A stretch of 64,000 bases of DNA from Octopus sinensis (taxonomy: Eukaryota). The translations under genes and the position numbers were made by a program. Positions 41,508 to 53,414 of this stretch are shown one piece after another. The DNA lies in the NCBI RefSeq assembly GCF_006345805.1, contig NC_043003.1, forward strand, positions 50,096,001 through 50,160,000, written 5' to 3'. A model generated the notes under the pieces. The model searched no databases. It was not told the DNA's origin and was given only the letters and a program-made list of their open reading frames with translations. Within the stretch, counting starts at the first letter, position 1; each line of letters opens with the position of its first letter.

Positions 41508-41820
41508 TATCAGCCACTGCGGGACGAGATGGGAAAGTTATGGGGCATGAGGAAAGTAATGGTGGTACCGGTGGTAATTGGAACATTAAGACCAGTTTCC
41601 AAGGGCTTTGAAAAACATATTAAGAGTATTGGAGCTGCTGTAAGGCTCGAGGTGGCCAAGAAGGCTGGTATTGTTGTATACAGCTCGCATTCTAAGGAGA
41701 GTATTGTCTCTTTGAGTCACAGGAGAAGGCACTACTTGAAACCTTTGTTGATTTGTTATTGCCTGCTTTAAAATAAAGAAGAACCGGTAATTAAGACCTA
41801 TCCTTGAGTCTTTCAGGATA
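41508..41820 (+). mobile_element. R4/Dong-like element 3' end (restriction-like endonuclease C-terminus) in (TAA)n
   Basis: LRDEMGKLWGMRKVMVVPVVIGTL..VSKGFEKHIKSIG...TARILRRVL, the typical RLE tail; (TAA)n on both sides. Confidence 0.8.
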
Positions 41821-41841
41821 ATAATAATGATGATAACAATG

Positions 41842-41903
<62 letters not shown>

Positions 41904-42148
41904 TTCTGTTATGGGCACAGGGCCTGAAATTTTGTGTATTGGGGTGGAGGTGGGGAGCAAGTCGATTACATCGACCCTAGTATTCAACTGCTAACTATTT
42001 TGTCGGCCCCGAAAGACTGAACTAACTCCGGTGGAATTCGAAACCAGAATGTAAAGAGCCAGAAGAAACGGCGTTAAGCATTTTATTCGACTCGCTAACG
42101 ATTCTACCAGCTTGTATAATAATAATAATAATAATAATGATGATGATG

Positions 42149-42220
<72 letters not shown>

Positions 42221-42248
42221 CAATAATAGTAACAACAACAACAACAAC

Positions 42249-42285
<37 letters not shown>

Positions 42286-43368
42286 TTTAAAAATTTTCCC
42301 AGTGTTTATGAGTTTTTAAATTTTAGTGTTTTCTGAACCCCCGCCTATTACAAGAAGTAAACGAATACACATTATAAAACTGATGAAATAATTTTATAAG
42401 TTATCCAAACAAAATATAGATTTCATAAGCCTTAAAAGTAAATTAGATTTATTTATATACTATACAATTTCAAAACTAGCGGAGGAACTAATTTCAAGTC
42501 ATAGCAAATAAATTAATATCGAAAAAAAAAAGAAAAGAAAAGAAAAGAAAGAAGGACTTATAATCGACACTAAGCAACACCACGACTCTCAACGCATCGG
42601 GCAGATGTTATAATTACACTCAATAATCAGTCACACTGACTTGAGGTTCCAGATAGCTGTGACCAACGTTGTATATAAATCTACTTGTCCACACGATAGT
42701 TGCCGATATCATAACATTGAAGATTTGATTGTTGAAACTTCACGATTGTTTGTTTTAGCAAGTAGCTAACTAGATATCCAGAAAATAGGTTTTCATACAT
42801 TTCCTTCTTTTTCTTTTTTAATCGGACAAACATTTTCTAGAAAGAAAAGCACTAGAAAGGAATTTCAAAAAATCCTTCCTATGCATAATTAGGTAATGAG
42901 ACTAATCTTGATTTGAAAAAAAAAACAAAAACAAAAAAAAACGATTCTTCTTCTGATAGACAAATAATGTGTAAAATTCGAAACCAGAGCTTTTATAATA
43001 TTTGTAGTTTCCTATATAACATCCGGCTGACTATTAGCTTAAGTGTGACGCCACTTCAGACAACATCCTTTCTACTATAGGCACAAGGCCTGAAATTTGT
43101 AGGGAGGGGACTAGTTGATTACATCGACCCCCAGTGTTAAACAGGTTCTTAATTTATCGACTCCAAAAGGATGAAAGGCAAAGTCGACCACGGTGGAATT
43201 TGAACTCAGGATGTAATGACAGAGAGATGCTTCTAAGCATTTCGTCCAGCGTGCTGACGATTCTGCCAGTTCACTACTTCTTCAAGTAATATCATTTTGG
43301 ATTAACGGTACACGAGTAAAACCAGAAAATACTGAAGGAGTAAGACACAGAATCTAGCAAAACAAATA

Positions 43369-43664
43369 CACCTTCTCCTCGACTTACGACCATCCGCACT
43401 TACGACTGCAAAAAGTAAATAGATAAATAAATAAATAAATAAGAAATCGATTTTCGGACGTTGGGCAGCTACGCGTACTTTAACTATGGCAGCATCTGGC
43501 AATGCAGGCCTCCCTCAGACCCAGGCATCCACTTCCTGTCACGGTTTCTCACTCAGTCGTTTTCAATGAAAATAGTGTTGAAAAATATAAACCCGACATA
43601 CGACCAGATCGACTTACGACCTATCAGTCGAAACGGAACTCGGTCGTAAGTCGAGGAGAAAGTG
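43369..43664. mobile_element. Tigger/pogo-type MITE
   Basis: TA|CACCTTCTCCTCGACTTACGACC ... GGTCGTAAGTCGAGGAGAAAGTG|TA. Confidence 0.85.
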
Positions 43665-43751
43665 TATTAATACTGAGTGTAGAGCAATTGATACATCAAC
43701 TCATTTAATAATTTTTCTGTATGGCTTTAATTATAACAAAAATGTAATCTA

Positions 43752-43982
43752 TTGGGTTGGTGCATACTTAACAAATTTTATTCAACAAAAACAATAACAT
43801 GTAACAAAAATATTTTAAATGAATTTTCCGGAGCATATTCACCATCTACTTCAATTACTGCATCCCATTTGCTTGGCAGACGTTCAAACCGTCATATAAA
43901 GATATTTTTGTTAAATATTGTTATTGTTTTTGTTGAATAAAATTTGTTGAAGAAAAGCTTAAGTAATTAGGCACCAACCCAA
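43752..43982. mobile_element. mariner-type MITE
   Basis: TA|TTGGGTTGGTGCATA ... GGCACCAACCCAA|TA, plus an extended internal inverted repeat. Confidence 0.88.
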
Positions 43983-44449
43983 TATAAACTTGAAATATTC
44001 CAGGGAAAATTAGCAATAAAACACACAATCGCGCGCGCATGCATACACCCACCAATATTTCAGTTTATGTTCAAACCGATATTAGAAAATGGTATTTGTT
44101 GATCTGCAAGGCTATTGTATTCTTTCATGAAATTCGGAAGCCCAATAACTAAACTGCAGTTGTAAGGAGTATTACAGTAGCCTTGTTTTTTGATTTATTA
44201 TAAATACTAGTGTACTCGAGCTGTCAATAATGACGACGGGTGTTTTAATAAACTTAGCGATAATTACAACATTTTGATGTATATGTATGAATATTTTATT
44301 TTTCCAGTTGGAGGTATTGTTGAAGAATGTACACGATGAAAATTGCTTATGAAAAGTATGAGGATGTAAATTAAAATGCTAAAATAACAAGAAAATAAGA
44401 AAATTATATTTATCACCTCTCAAATACTATACACGTCTGATTACATCTA

Positions 44450-45120
44450 ATATTGGTTTTAAATTTTGGCACAAGGCTAGCAACTTCGGAGGAGCGGTAA
44501 GTTGATTATATCGACCGCAGTGCTCAACTAGTACTTATTTCATCGACCCGGAAAGGATAAACGGTAAAGTCGATCTCGACAGAATTTGAACTCAGAACGT
44601 AAAGACGGACAAAGTGCTACTAAGCATTTTGCCTGACGTTCTTACGCCGCCCTCATAATCGCTTTTAATATTGACAACATGTTATAGTCAAATAAAGGCG
44701 ACGAGCTGGCAGAAACGTTAGCACGCCGGGCGAAAGGCTTAGCAGTATTTCGTCTGCCGCTACGTTCTGAGATCAAATTCCGCCACAAGGGGCTAAACAC
44801 AGAGAGGACAAACAAGGCCAGACAAACGGATTAAGTCGATTATATCGACCTCAGTGCGTAACTGGTACTTATTTAATCGACCCCGAAAGGCTGAAAGGCA
44901 AAGTCGACCTCGGCGGAATTTGAACTCAAAATGCAAAGACAGGCGAAATACCTATTTCTTTACTAACCACAAGGGACTAAATACAGAGGGGACAAACAAG
45001 GACAGACAAACGGATTACGTCGATTATATCAACCCCAGTGAACAACTGGTACTTATTTCGAGGTCGATTAAATAAGTACCAGTTGCTCACTGGGGTTGAT
45101 ATAATCGACGTAATCCGGCG
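44450..45120. mobile_element. SINE-A rearranged cluster including a 47-bp fold-back at 45013-45116
   Basis: Minus, plus and minus pieces abut; the terminal hairpin arms share private substitutions. Confidence 0.8.
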
Positions 45121-45889
45121 TATGTATTCAAAACTTTCGAAATATACACATATGTACATATGGGTACATCATCTTACAAACAGAGTGCATAGTTTTTCAA
45201 AACGTTTTCAAGGGATAGTAAAATATTTGATATATTTTGTCCAAAAGCAACATTTGTACATAATAAGCATTATTATTCATATTCACTTCTAAAGTTTCCG
45301 AAGAAAAATATTTCAGGTATAGACACGAGGAGGCACCAACACACATGGGCCTTCTGAATTTTTAAACCGTAATTCGAAATTATTTGTTTTTATTTTTTTG
45401 TTCTGCTTCAAGCAAGAAGTACATGCGTGCCGTGTCCCTTAGTATATCGCCTAAAGTCGAATAAATGCTACCGCTGCGTAAGTTGTATATGAATCTAATA
45501 TTGGAATATAGAGGACTATATGAAGTAAAATAATTAATAGTAAAATAAGTGTTTATACAAGTACAAACAATGTATTAAGTGTATATATTGATAATACATA
45601 ATGTATTACATATATTGATTAGATTTATCAACGTGGAAAAGGAGAAAATTAATTTGATCATTAGAATATATAAATATAACAGATGAGCATATGAAACAAA
45701 GAATGAACTTTCTCATACAAAAAAATCCCGAAAATAGAATGACTCCAGCCTATGCGGAAAAATTTAGAGTTCGTATAGAATAATTTGGTAAGTAAGTCAT
45801 ATAAAATGAAATAAATTCAGCAGTTTCAAATGGTTAAGTGTTACAAATACACATATATACAAATGCTTGTAGTATATCATATACATTGA

Positions 45890-46205
45890 TTATTAGCTCC
45901 TCCTTAGGGATGGCGGATATATTGTTTTCAGTCGTGTTTGTTTGTTTGTCCGTGGAAAGATATCTCAAGAACCGCTGGATGGATTCGGTTGGATTCGGTA
46001 CCGGACAAGGATTCTGGATTATTTTCCCTTTTTTTTTTTTTTACTTAATTTTTTAGTGTGATCGGGTCCAGCTTTAGTATTCTCGTTTGTGAGAGCAGTC
46101 GAGTTTATTTCAGATATTCTCATTTTAAAAATCATGTCCGGCTAATCGTTGAGAGGACGTTGGTATTGCCTTGGCGGAGGTTTGCGCTCTCTGAGTGCTC
46201 TTGTT
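45890..46205 (+). mobile_element. HINE/DINE-1-like (Helentron-associated) element; superfamily tentative
   Basis: Degenerate 5' subterminal IR, (gttt)n, 3' ccttggcggagg plus hairpin gcgctctctgagtgc, ends in TT. Confidence 0.55.
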
Positions 46206-46745
46206 AATATTATGATCATCATTAGGGCGGCGAGCAGGTAAAATAGTTAGCATGCTTAGCAGCATTTCGTCCGTTCTTCCGTTCTGCATATAATTCCGCC
46301 GTGGTCGACTTTGCCTTTCATCCTTTCGGGGTCGATGATATAAGTACCAGTTTAACACTGGGGTCGATGTAATCGACTTATCTCCTTCCCCAAAACTGCT
46401 GACTTTGTGCCAAAATTTGAAATTAATATTGTGATCATCATCAATTCTGCTAAGGTCGATTTTGCCTTTCATCCTTTCGGGGTTGACTCTGTCTTTCATC
46501 CTTTCGGGGTCGACGGAATAAGTACCAGTTTAAAACTGGGGTCGATGTAACCGACTTACCCCCTTCTCCAAAACTGCTGGCCTTGTGCTAAAGTTTGAAA
46601 TCAATATTATGATCATCGTTAATTCTGCCGTGGTCGATTTTGCCTTTCATCCTTTTGGGGTCAATTAAATAAGTACTAGTTACGCATTGGGTCGATGTAA
46701 TAGACTTACCCCTCCCCACAAATTTCAGGCCTTGTAGTAGAAAAG
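46205..46745 (+). mobile_element. SINE-A tandem array with internal duplications
   Basis: The core gcctttcatcctttcgggg occurs four times. Confidence 0.85.
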
Positions 46746-46813
<68 letters not shown>

Positions 46814-46819
46814 CATTAT

Positions 46820-46895
46820 TATAGCGTGCTTTCACTTCACTACCGAGCGTAGCTCTGTGTGCCTTGGGTATGTGCTGTGATTTGTTGTGATGCTC

Positions 46896-46897
<2 letters not shown>
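46820..46897 (-). mobile_element. Short 3'UTR remnant of a TAA-targeting retroelement
   Basis: 78-bp non-repetitive island (agagcatcacaacaaatcacagcacatacccaagg...) between two (TAA)n tracts; family assignment is from recall. Confidence 0.5.
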
Positions 46898-46968
<71 letters not shown>

Positions 46969-47036
46969 ATTATTATTATTATTATTTGCTGCCGTTACAA
47001 AAACAAATGCTGATTCTAACTGAACTATTTGTCTAG

Positions 47037-47149
47037 GTTCCAATGAAGAAGCATTTCCGACGATTCCGAATTGCATGCAAATTCCTCTCCCAGACTTGTC
47101 CAAGGTCTTGCCAGATGATTCAGATCCGAAGACAATACAAGTTAAATAA
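47037..47149 (+). CDS. Weak candidate plus-strand terminal exon SNEEAFPTIPNCMQIPLPDLSKVLPDDSDPKTIQVK*
   Basis: Acceptor aactatttgtctag|; 36 open codons; the stop TAA lies inside AATAAA (47145-47150). No upstream partner exon found. Confidence 0.2.
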
Positions 47150-47647
47150 AGGCTTTTTACTTGTCCAAGTCGAATTGCAAACTAAGCCCCTACTGGAGCA
47201 ACCAACACAACACTTAACACGCATCAAATTGACACTGCTCTCAATTCTTACACTTAGGTCAACTGGATCGTTGAGAGATTAGTCATGTGGGAATTTTGCA
47301 GCGTACAATATCTCTAGAGGGACTGCTACATATATTCCAAGCCTAATAAATGAAAGTCAGTTGAATGAAATGTTTTGCCAAGAAACTTAGACGCTGTGTG
47401 AAAATGAATTGATGAATCACAAGGTATAAACTAATGAGCAATAAGTCCGAGATGTTATGAACAGAACCGGAGAAATGTGCGTCAGCAGTGAGTTGACAAA
47501 ATGATTCATTATTGACATCCCGTCACATGCTCTAAGTTTTATATTCAGAGACAGTACAAAGTTGAGTGTACATATATACATACATGTGTGTATGTGTATA
47601 TATGTATACATACATACATTTAAACACACGCACACATATATATATAT

Positions 47648-47995
47648 GTGGAGGCGCAATGGCCCAGTGGTTAGGGCAGCAGATTCGTGGTTGTAGGTTC
47701 TCGGTTTCGATTCCCAGACCGGGCGTTGTGAGTGTTTATTGAGCGAAAACACCTAAAGCTCCACGAGGCTCCAGCAGGGGGTGGTGGCAATCCCTGCTGT
47801 ACTCTTCCGCCACAAATTTCTCTCACTCTTTCCGGGTGTGTTTCGGGTGTGTTTCTCACTCTTTCTTCTGTTGGCCTGCTCGCTTAGCCAGTGGAGTGGT
47901 GTCATTTGAAGGCTAAAACAATGCGAAGCGCATTGTGACAAGCGATATGTAGCAACATCTGATAACATGGTCGGTCACGGTGGTCACAGTGATCA
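47648..47995 (+). mobile_element. SINE-D; a related head with a different body and (GAA)n tail lies at 39030-39478 minus
   Basis: ggaggcgcaatggcccagtggttagggcagc...gtttcgattcccagacc shared by both. Confidence 0.8.
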
Positions 47996-48497
47996 TATAT
48001 ATATATATATATATATATAACTTGGTTAGTTAAAATATGTTTGTGACATATTTCAGCTTCTCAAGGTAAGGCAAATTCACTGCAGTTACCACAGAGAAAA
48101 GTATCTTTCTTATGGTAAAAAGGTGTAAAACACCATGTCTGTCCAGTGCTACCCGCTGTCGGATTCTCAGACGAGTTTCTAGCTCTTTAGCTGTTGTCAG
48201 TGGAAAATACCGAAGAGAGGTAACTATGGACAGACACAACGTCGTAGCTTAAACTAAAACACAGTCAACAACGTTAACTGAGTTGCGCCAGTAGACCGCA
48301 AGGGCGGAAAAAATGAAACAGTATCAGCACCGAGCAGTATTTAGAAGTTGAACATAAAGTTTCGCATATATATTATACATATAATATATATATATTTATA
48401 TTATATATAATATATATATATATTATATATATATATATATATATCAAAAAACAAGTCAAAAATAGAAAATGCTAAGATGATTTTATAGTGAATCTTT

Positions 48498-48535
48498 CAG
48501 TACCGGTTTCGGTCATTTTGAGACCTTTTCAACTG
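48498..48535 (-). ncRNA. Minimal type I hammerhead ribozyme, U3:A8 core variant
   Basis: Reads CAG UUGAAAA GGUC-ucaaaau-GACC GAAA CCGG UA CUG. Stem I CAG/CUG, 4-bp stem II, palindromic ACCGGU stem III, GUA cleavage triplet. Confidence 0.7.
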
Positions 48536-48818
48536 TAACGATTAAATAATAAATTTAAAAAAATTAGAAGAAAAGTTTTTTTAAATGAATATTTCTATAG
48601 TAGTGTTCAGATATAAGTGGCATTCTGCCTTTCTCTGACTCCCTTGTTTGCAATTGTGTGTTGGAGGTCGTTGTGAGTTCACAACGAACCTCCAACACAC
48701 AAGTGCAAACAAGGGAGTCAGAGAAGGCAGAATGCCACTTATATCTGAACACTACTATAGAAATATTCATTTAAAAAAACTTTTCTTCTAATTTTCTAAA
48801 TTTAATTATTAATCGTTA

Positions 48819-48856
48819 CAGTTGAAAAGGTCTCAAAATGACTGAAACCGGTACTG
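48819..48856 (+). ncRNA. Minimal type I hammerhead ribozyme, U3:A8 variant (mirror copy; G.U at the first stem II pair)
   Basis: Reads CAG UUGAAAA GGUC-ucaaaau-GACU GAAA CCGG UA CUG. Confidence 0.62.
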
Positions 48857-49193
48857 AAATGTTCACTATAAAATTATTTTAGCATTTTTATTTTTGACTT
48901 GTTTTTTCATATATATTAACTCGTGTGTTCCTTTTCACCATATTAATATATATATATATATAGATATATTTCTTTCTGCCCACAAGGGGCTAAACATAGA
49001 GGGGACAAACAAGGACAGACGAAGGGATTAATTTGATTATATCGCCCCCAGTGCGAAATTGGTACTTTATTTATCGACCCCGAAAGGATGAAAGGCAAAG
49101 TTGACCTCGGCGGAACTTGAACTCAGAACGTAACGACAGACGAAATACCACTAAGCATTTCGCCCGGCGCGCTAGATAGGTGTGTGTGTGTGT

Positions 49194-49242
<49 letters not shown>

Positions 49243-49439
49243 GTGTGTGTGTGATGCCGTCTTAAAGCATGGGCACATTTGGCAACTTCCTGTGTTTATC
49301 CCAGGCTTCGGGACCCAATTCTAATCTATGTATGCTGTGGTCTGCTGTGAATAAGTAATTACTATAGAGTCCAATGCATTGATTTACTCGGGTGCTATCA
49401 TGTCGTTAAGACAGCCCTTTACACACGCACTCACACACG

Positions 49440-49493
<54 letters not shown>

Positions 49494-50589
49494 ACAGACA
49501 CACACACACACTTGTATATATATATTCAATAAGAAACCTTTAATAGTGACTCAGAACTGAAGTGCTTTTAATTAGAAGTAAATCACAAACAACACCAGCG
49601 TTACGAGGATGGATGGTTTGTAATTTTCAAATCATGCAGCACGCTACGGACTGTTGAAAAGCTCCTAATAATTGCAGATGTCCATTAGGTGTCGTTTGTG
49701 CATTGCATAAATTACTGACGTTTCTATCGAAGACCTGGACAGAAACCATACTTTCTCTATTCTGACAGCTGTCGAGACACCTTAAATAATGTTTCTCTGA
49801 GGTGCTGACGTCAGTGATTATCTTGGTGTTAAAGTTATGTCCGTGTCCGTGACAGTGGTTGGGATGTCGACGGTGTTGGTACTGTACATAATGGTGGCAG
49901 CGGTAATGATGTCAGAGATGATGATGCAGTGGTGTTGGTGTTGATGATGCAGGTGTTGATGTTAACATGTTAATAGTGATATTGACGTATTGAAGTTAAT
50001 GGTTGTGGTGTCCGTTGCGCAAACATTTCTAAATGCAAAACTTCATTTAAAATGATCGATAGTTCTATACACAAACTAGTGAAGGAAAATAATTTAGGTC
50101 TGTAGGTAGTTATGTTTGAGATAAGGAGTCCCTAAGCTCGGTATTGAGTATGAATAGCAATAGAATCCAGCACGAATAGATCTGTCACCTATCAATTGAA
50201 TAAATTGTTAACTCAAGGCGATCTTGGGTTAATAAAAACTCAACCGCACTATATCTAATATACAGAATCAGCTCTAAAATCTCCAACTCGTCTAAATTTT
50301 AATTTTTCACACTACACAGGCTACAATTCTTGAAATTCCCGATCCTCCATCCAAACAAAAAGGTGGAATTCTGTCTCATACGACAGCCTGGGAGATACGA
50401 TTAAGGTTAGGCTTCACTGAGGTCGAATAATACCAGATCATGCCCGGAGTTATCACCATACTCTGCAAACATCATACTCATCCCGCACAATATGTTCTTT
50501 ACCACATACTTTCATTTAGTTTTTAATTAATTTTGATTTCCTTGTTGTCTCCCCTGCCTTTCCTTGACAAGAATTACTCATTAAAGGTA

Positions 50590-50700
50590 ATACAATAATC
50601 TCTCGACTATCGCGGTTGCTACGTTCCAACCCTGCCCCTCGGATAGGTGAAAATCCGCGAAGTAGAAACGATACTGTACTGTAGATTATACAGTACCAAA
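50590..50700 (+). mobile_element. Tigger-like terminal fragment
   Basis: tacaataatctctcgactatcgcgg...gataggtgaaaatccgcgaagtag. Confidence 0.55.
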
Positions 50701-52056
50701 CAATTCTCGAGATACCATTCTTCTAATTATCGTCATGACCTCGAGAAATATTTGTCTCCGTAGAACAATCCTGCTTCAAAACACGCTTCAGCGACAGAAA
50801 TAGTAAATTTTCTATGTACATTTCGATAAAAACTCAAAACTCGAATAAAAATTCAAAATTAAATTCATTACTTTGGTTTAATGAATGAGCAATTTGGAAA
50901 ATGTCCAGTCTTAAGGATTCTTAGACTCTCACTGTCTATCTTAATAGATGTTTTTGATTGCAGTGATTTCGTCATTAGATTACACGAAATTAGATACAGC
51001 TGTTTACAAGTTATGCTTCCGATCTGAGCATTATTACTTTACTTAAGCCATTGACAGCGCTACTTTCAGTCGACATCCTGGTTGCCAATCCCTCCTTCAG
51101 CACAGCGAACTGTTTTAACCTCACTTTGTTGAAAATACACCAACTGTTGAACGGCAAATGTGAAAAACACGCTCTTTTGATAAGACCATATACAAATACG
51201 CTGTGATTCAACACCAGTGTGTTTCAGCCAATCAGGTTTACTAGTGATCGCTTTAATGAACGAGCACAGTAATCCAAACTACTGAGTAGTTTATTTCTTA
51301 TGGTATTCACATCGTAACATCAAAAAAATCAGGCGAGATCTCCAATATATGAAGGCGGCGTGCTGGCAGAAACATGAACACGCTGGGCTAAATGGTTAGT
51401 AGCATTTCGTCCATCTCTACGTTCTGAACAAAAAATTCCGCTGGAGTCGACTTTGTCCTTCATCCTTTAGGGGTCGATAAAATAAAATACCAGTTAAACA
51501 CTGGGATCGATGTATTCGACTTACCCCCTCACCCAAACTTGCTGGCTGTGTGCCAACATTTGAAACCAATAGTGCGAATGTACACACAGATTTCCATATC
51601 AAATTTCCAGAAAAATCAGAGTTTATTTCATTTTACGATTTCCATCTGGAAATAATGGATGATGGTAATATACTCACCAAATATTACAGGATCTCTTCTC
51701 ATAAAGGTTCGTGTTCGTTTATTCCAAATCCGTCATGTCCTTTATACCAAAAACAACGCCAATCATAATGGAAATAATCATAGAGAAAATGGAAACTATG
51801 ATAACCGATATTTAGTGGTTCCATGATATCGTCAGGTGTGATGGAACACGACAAGAAAGGCGATGGGGGTAACGAACAAGGCGACGCACTCAAAAACTCT
51901 GGTAGGTATAGGCATAGCAGTGTGGGCAAGAAGTTCGCCTTTTAATTACTACTATAGCATACATACAGAATCTACTCTGATTAGCAACATCATCAAATGA
52001 GTTTGGGCTTACGAAGAATTCTCTATAGAAAGCATAAAGTTCACAATGCTTTACAT

Positions 52057-52242
52057 CAGTGCTCCGTAACCTTTTTTTCACTTGTGCTACACTCATGTTC
52101 TTTTCAAAATTCGGTGGCACACCTGAACTAAAAATATAACTAAAAGTATAAGGAAAAAAGTATATTCGGGTTACACTGTGGCACACCTAGCATCATCCCG
52201 TGGCACACCAGTGTGCTGTGGCATACCGGTTGTGGAGCGTTG
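52057..52242. mobile_element. 186-bp hAT-like MITE
   Basis: TIR cagtgctccgtaacc/ggttgtggagcgttg; TSD ctttacat/ttttacat. Confidence 0.75.
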
Positions 52243-52444
52243 TTTTACATAGATAGTGTCACTTCTCTGCTATATTTGCATTTACGTATCTGAAGCACGG
52301 ACGATAAAGTTACGTCTGTTAAGAAGCATCTTGGCGGCTGTCATATAAAGGTGTTATGCTTTCTGTCATGGTATTTGATAGAATCAATCATGAGTGATTT
52401 ATGTATTAAAGAAGCAATACTTACCGTATTTTATGGCATATAAG

Positions 52445-53100
52445 CAGTGGCGGCTCGTGTATAAGCACAGCGGAACTGCAGCATCCCCTATATTCACTCA
52501 ATAGTATTCAATATAATGAGTCTTTTTGTTTTTTCATTAGTTCTTTCTTTATACTTGTACAGCCTGGTTATGCTAGACACACTAAAAAATCTGTGGAGAA
52601 CGAGAGAGTGTTGATCTAGAATTTATTTTGTTACATTCGGTTTTACACTGAATGTAACACCGAATGAGGGCGGAAGCGATCGGCCGACTGGTGCTTCATA
52701 GACGTCCCGCCAAACTAGAAGCCTCTTCACTGCAACCGGCTCACCAGCTACCTCGCGGTGAAGTTCCTGTCTACTGTTAATTTTTTATAAGTCCTTGGGT
52801 AGTGCATTATATAATCTTTGTACATTATATAATCCTTAAGCTTAATGTCAATAGCCATCACCTCGCTCATAAAAAAACTTACAAACATCCTTGTATAGGT
52901 TTATGTGCTACACAGTTCCGGTGATGCAGTGTTTTGCTGTTGTGCACATGCACACATGTCCAAAGAAAGAAGCGGTATACTGGTTAGACAGAGAACTGTC
53001 GCTCACGCAGTACCGACCCTGTTGTACACAATATTAAAACAATGGCTGGAAATCTTTTGAAGGAACACCCTCCACTCATTTTAGTCATGAGCCGCTACTG
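52445..53100. mobile_element. hAT-like MITE with an 8-bp TSD nested in a pogo/Tigger-like end
   Basis: TIR CAGTGGCGGCTCGTG/CATGAGCCGCTACTG; TSD CATATAAG at 52437-52444 and 53101-53108; host begins TACCGTATTTTATGGCATATAAGACAC at 52422. Confidence 0.85.
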
Positions 53101-53414
53101 CATATAAGACACACTAAAAACAAAAAAGTTTCAAAAATTTATTCCGGGCACTGTATGCGAAATTGAGCCTCTCATGCACTATAAGCATATGAAAAAGCGC
53201 TGCTGAAATTGAAAAAATCGACCACAGGATTTATTCTTTGTAAGCCTACGACTTATTCTATCAGTGTCTTATGCCGAACCGCAAAGTAATGGGAACGTAA
53301 ACACAGCAACATCGGTTGTCAAGCAATGGTGGGGTACAAACACAGACACGCATGCACACACACAACACACAAACATACACATATATACGATAGCCTTCTT
53401 TCTACGCACATATA

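Larger units (their letters stand above)
48441..48912. repeat. ~470-bp near-perfect palindrome; probable head-to-head Penelope-like pseudo-LTR pair
   Basis: Arms of ~235 bp are reverse complements about 48677-48678; flanked by (TA)n; each arm carries a hammerhead. Confidence 0.9.

Noticed and set aside
47040-47175. Walker A-like IVFGSESSGKT on the minus strand
   Set aside because: No Walker B or supporting exon, the frame runs into (AAT)n, and a few such motifs are expected by chance in six frames of 64 kb.
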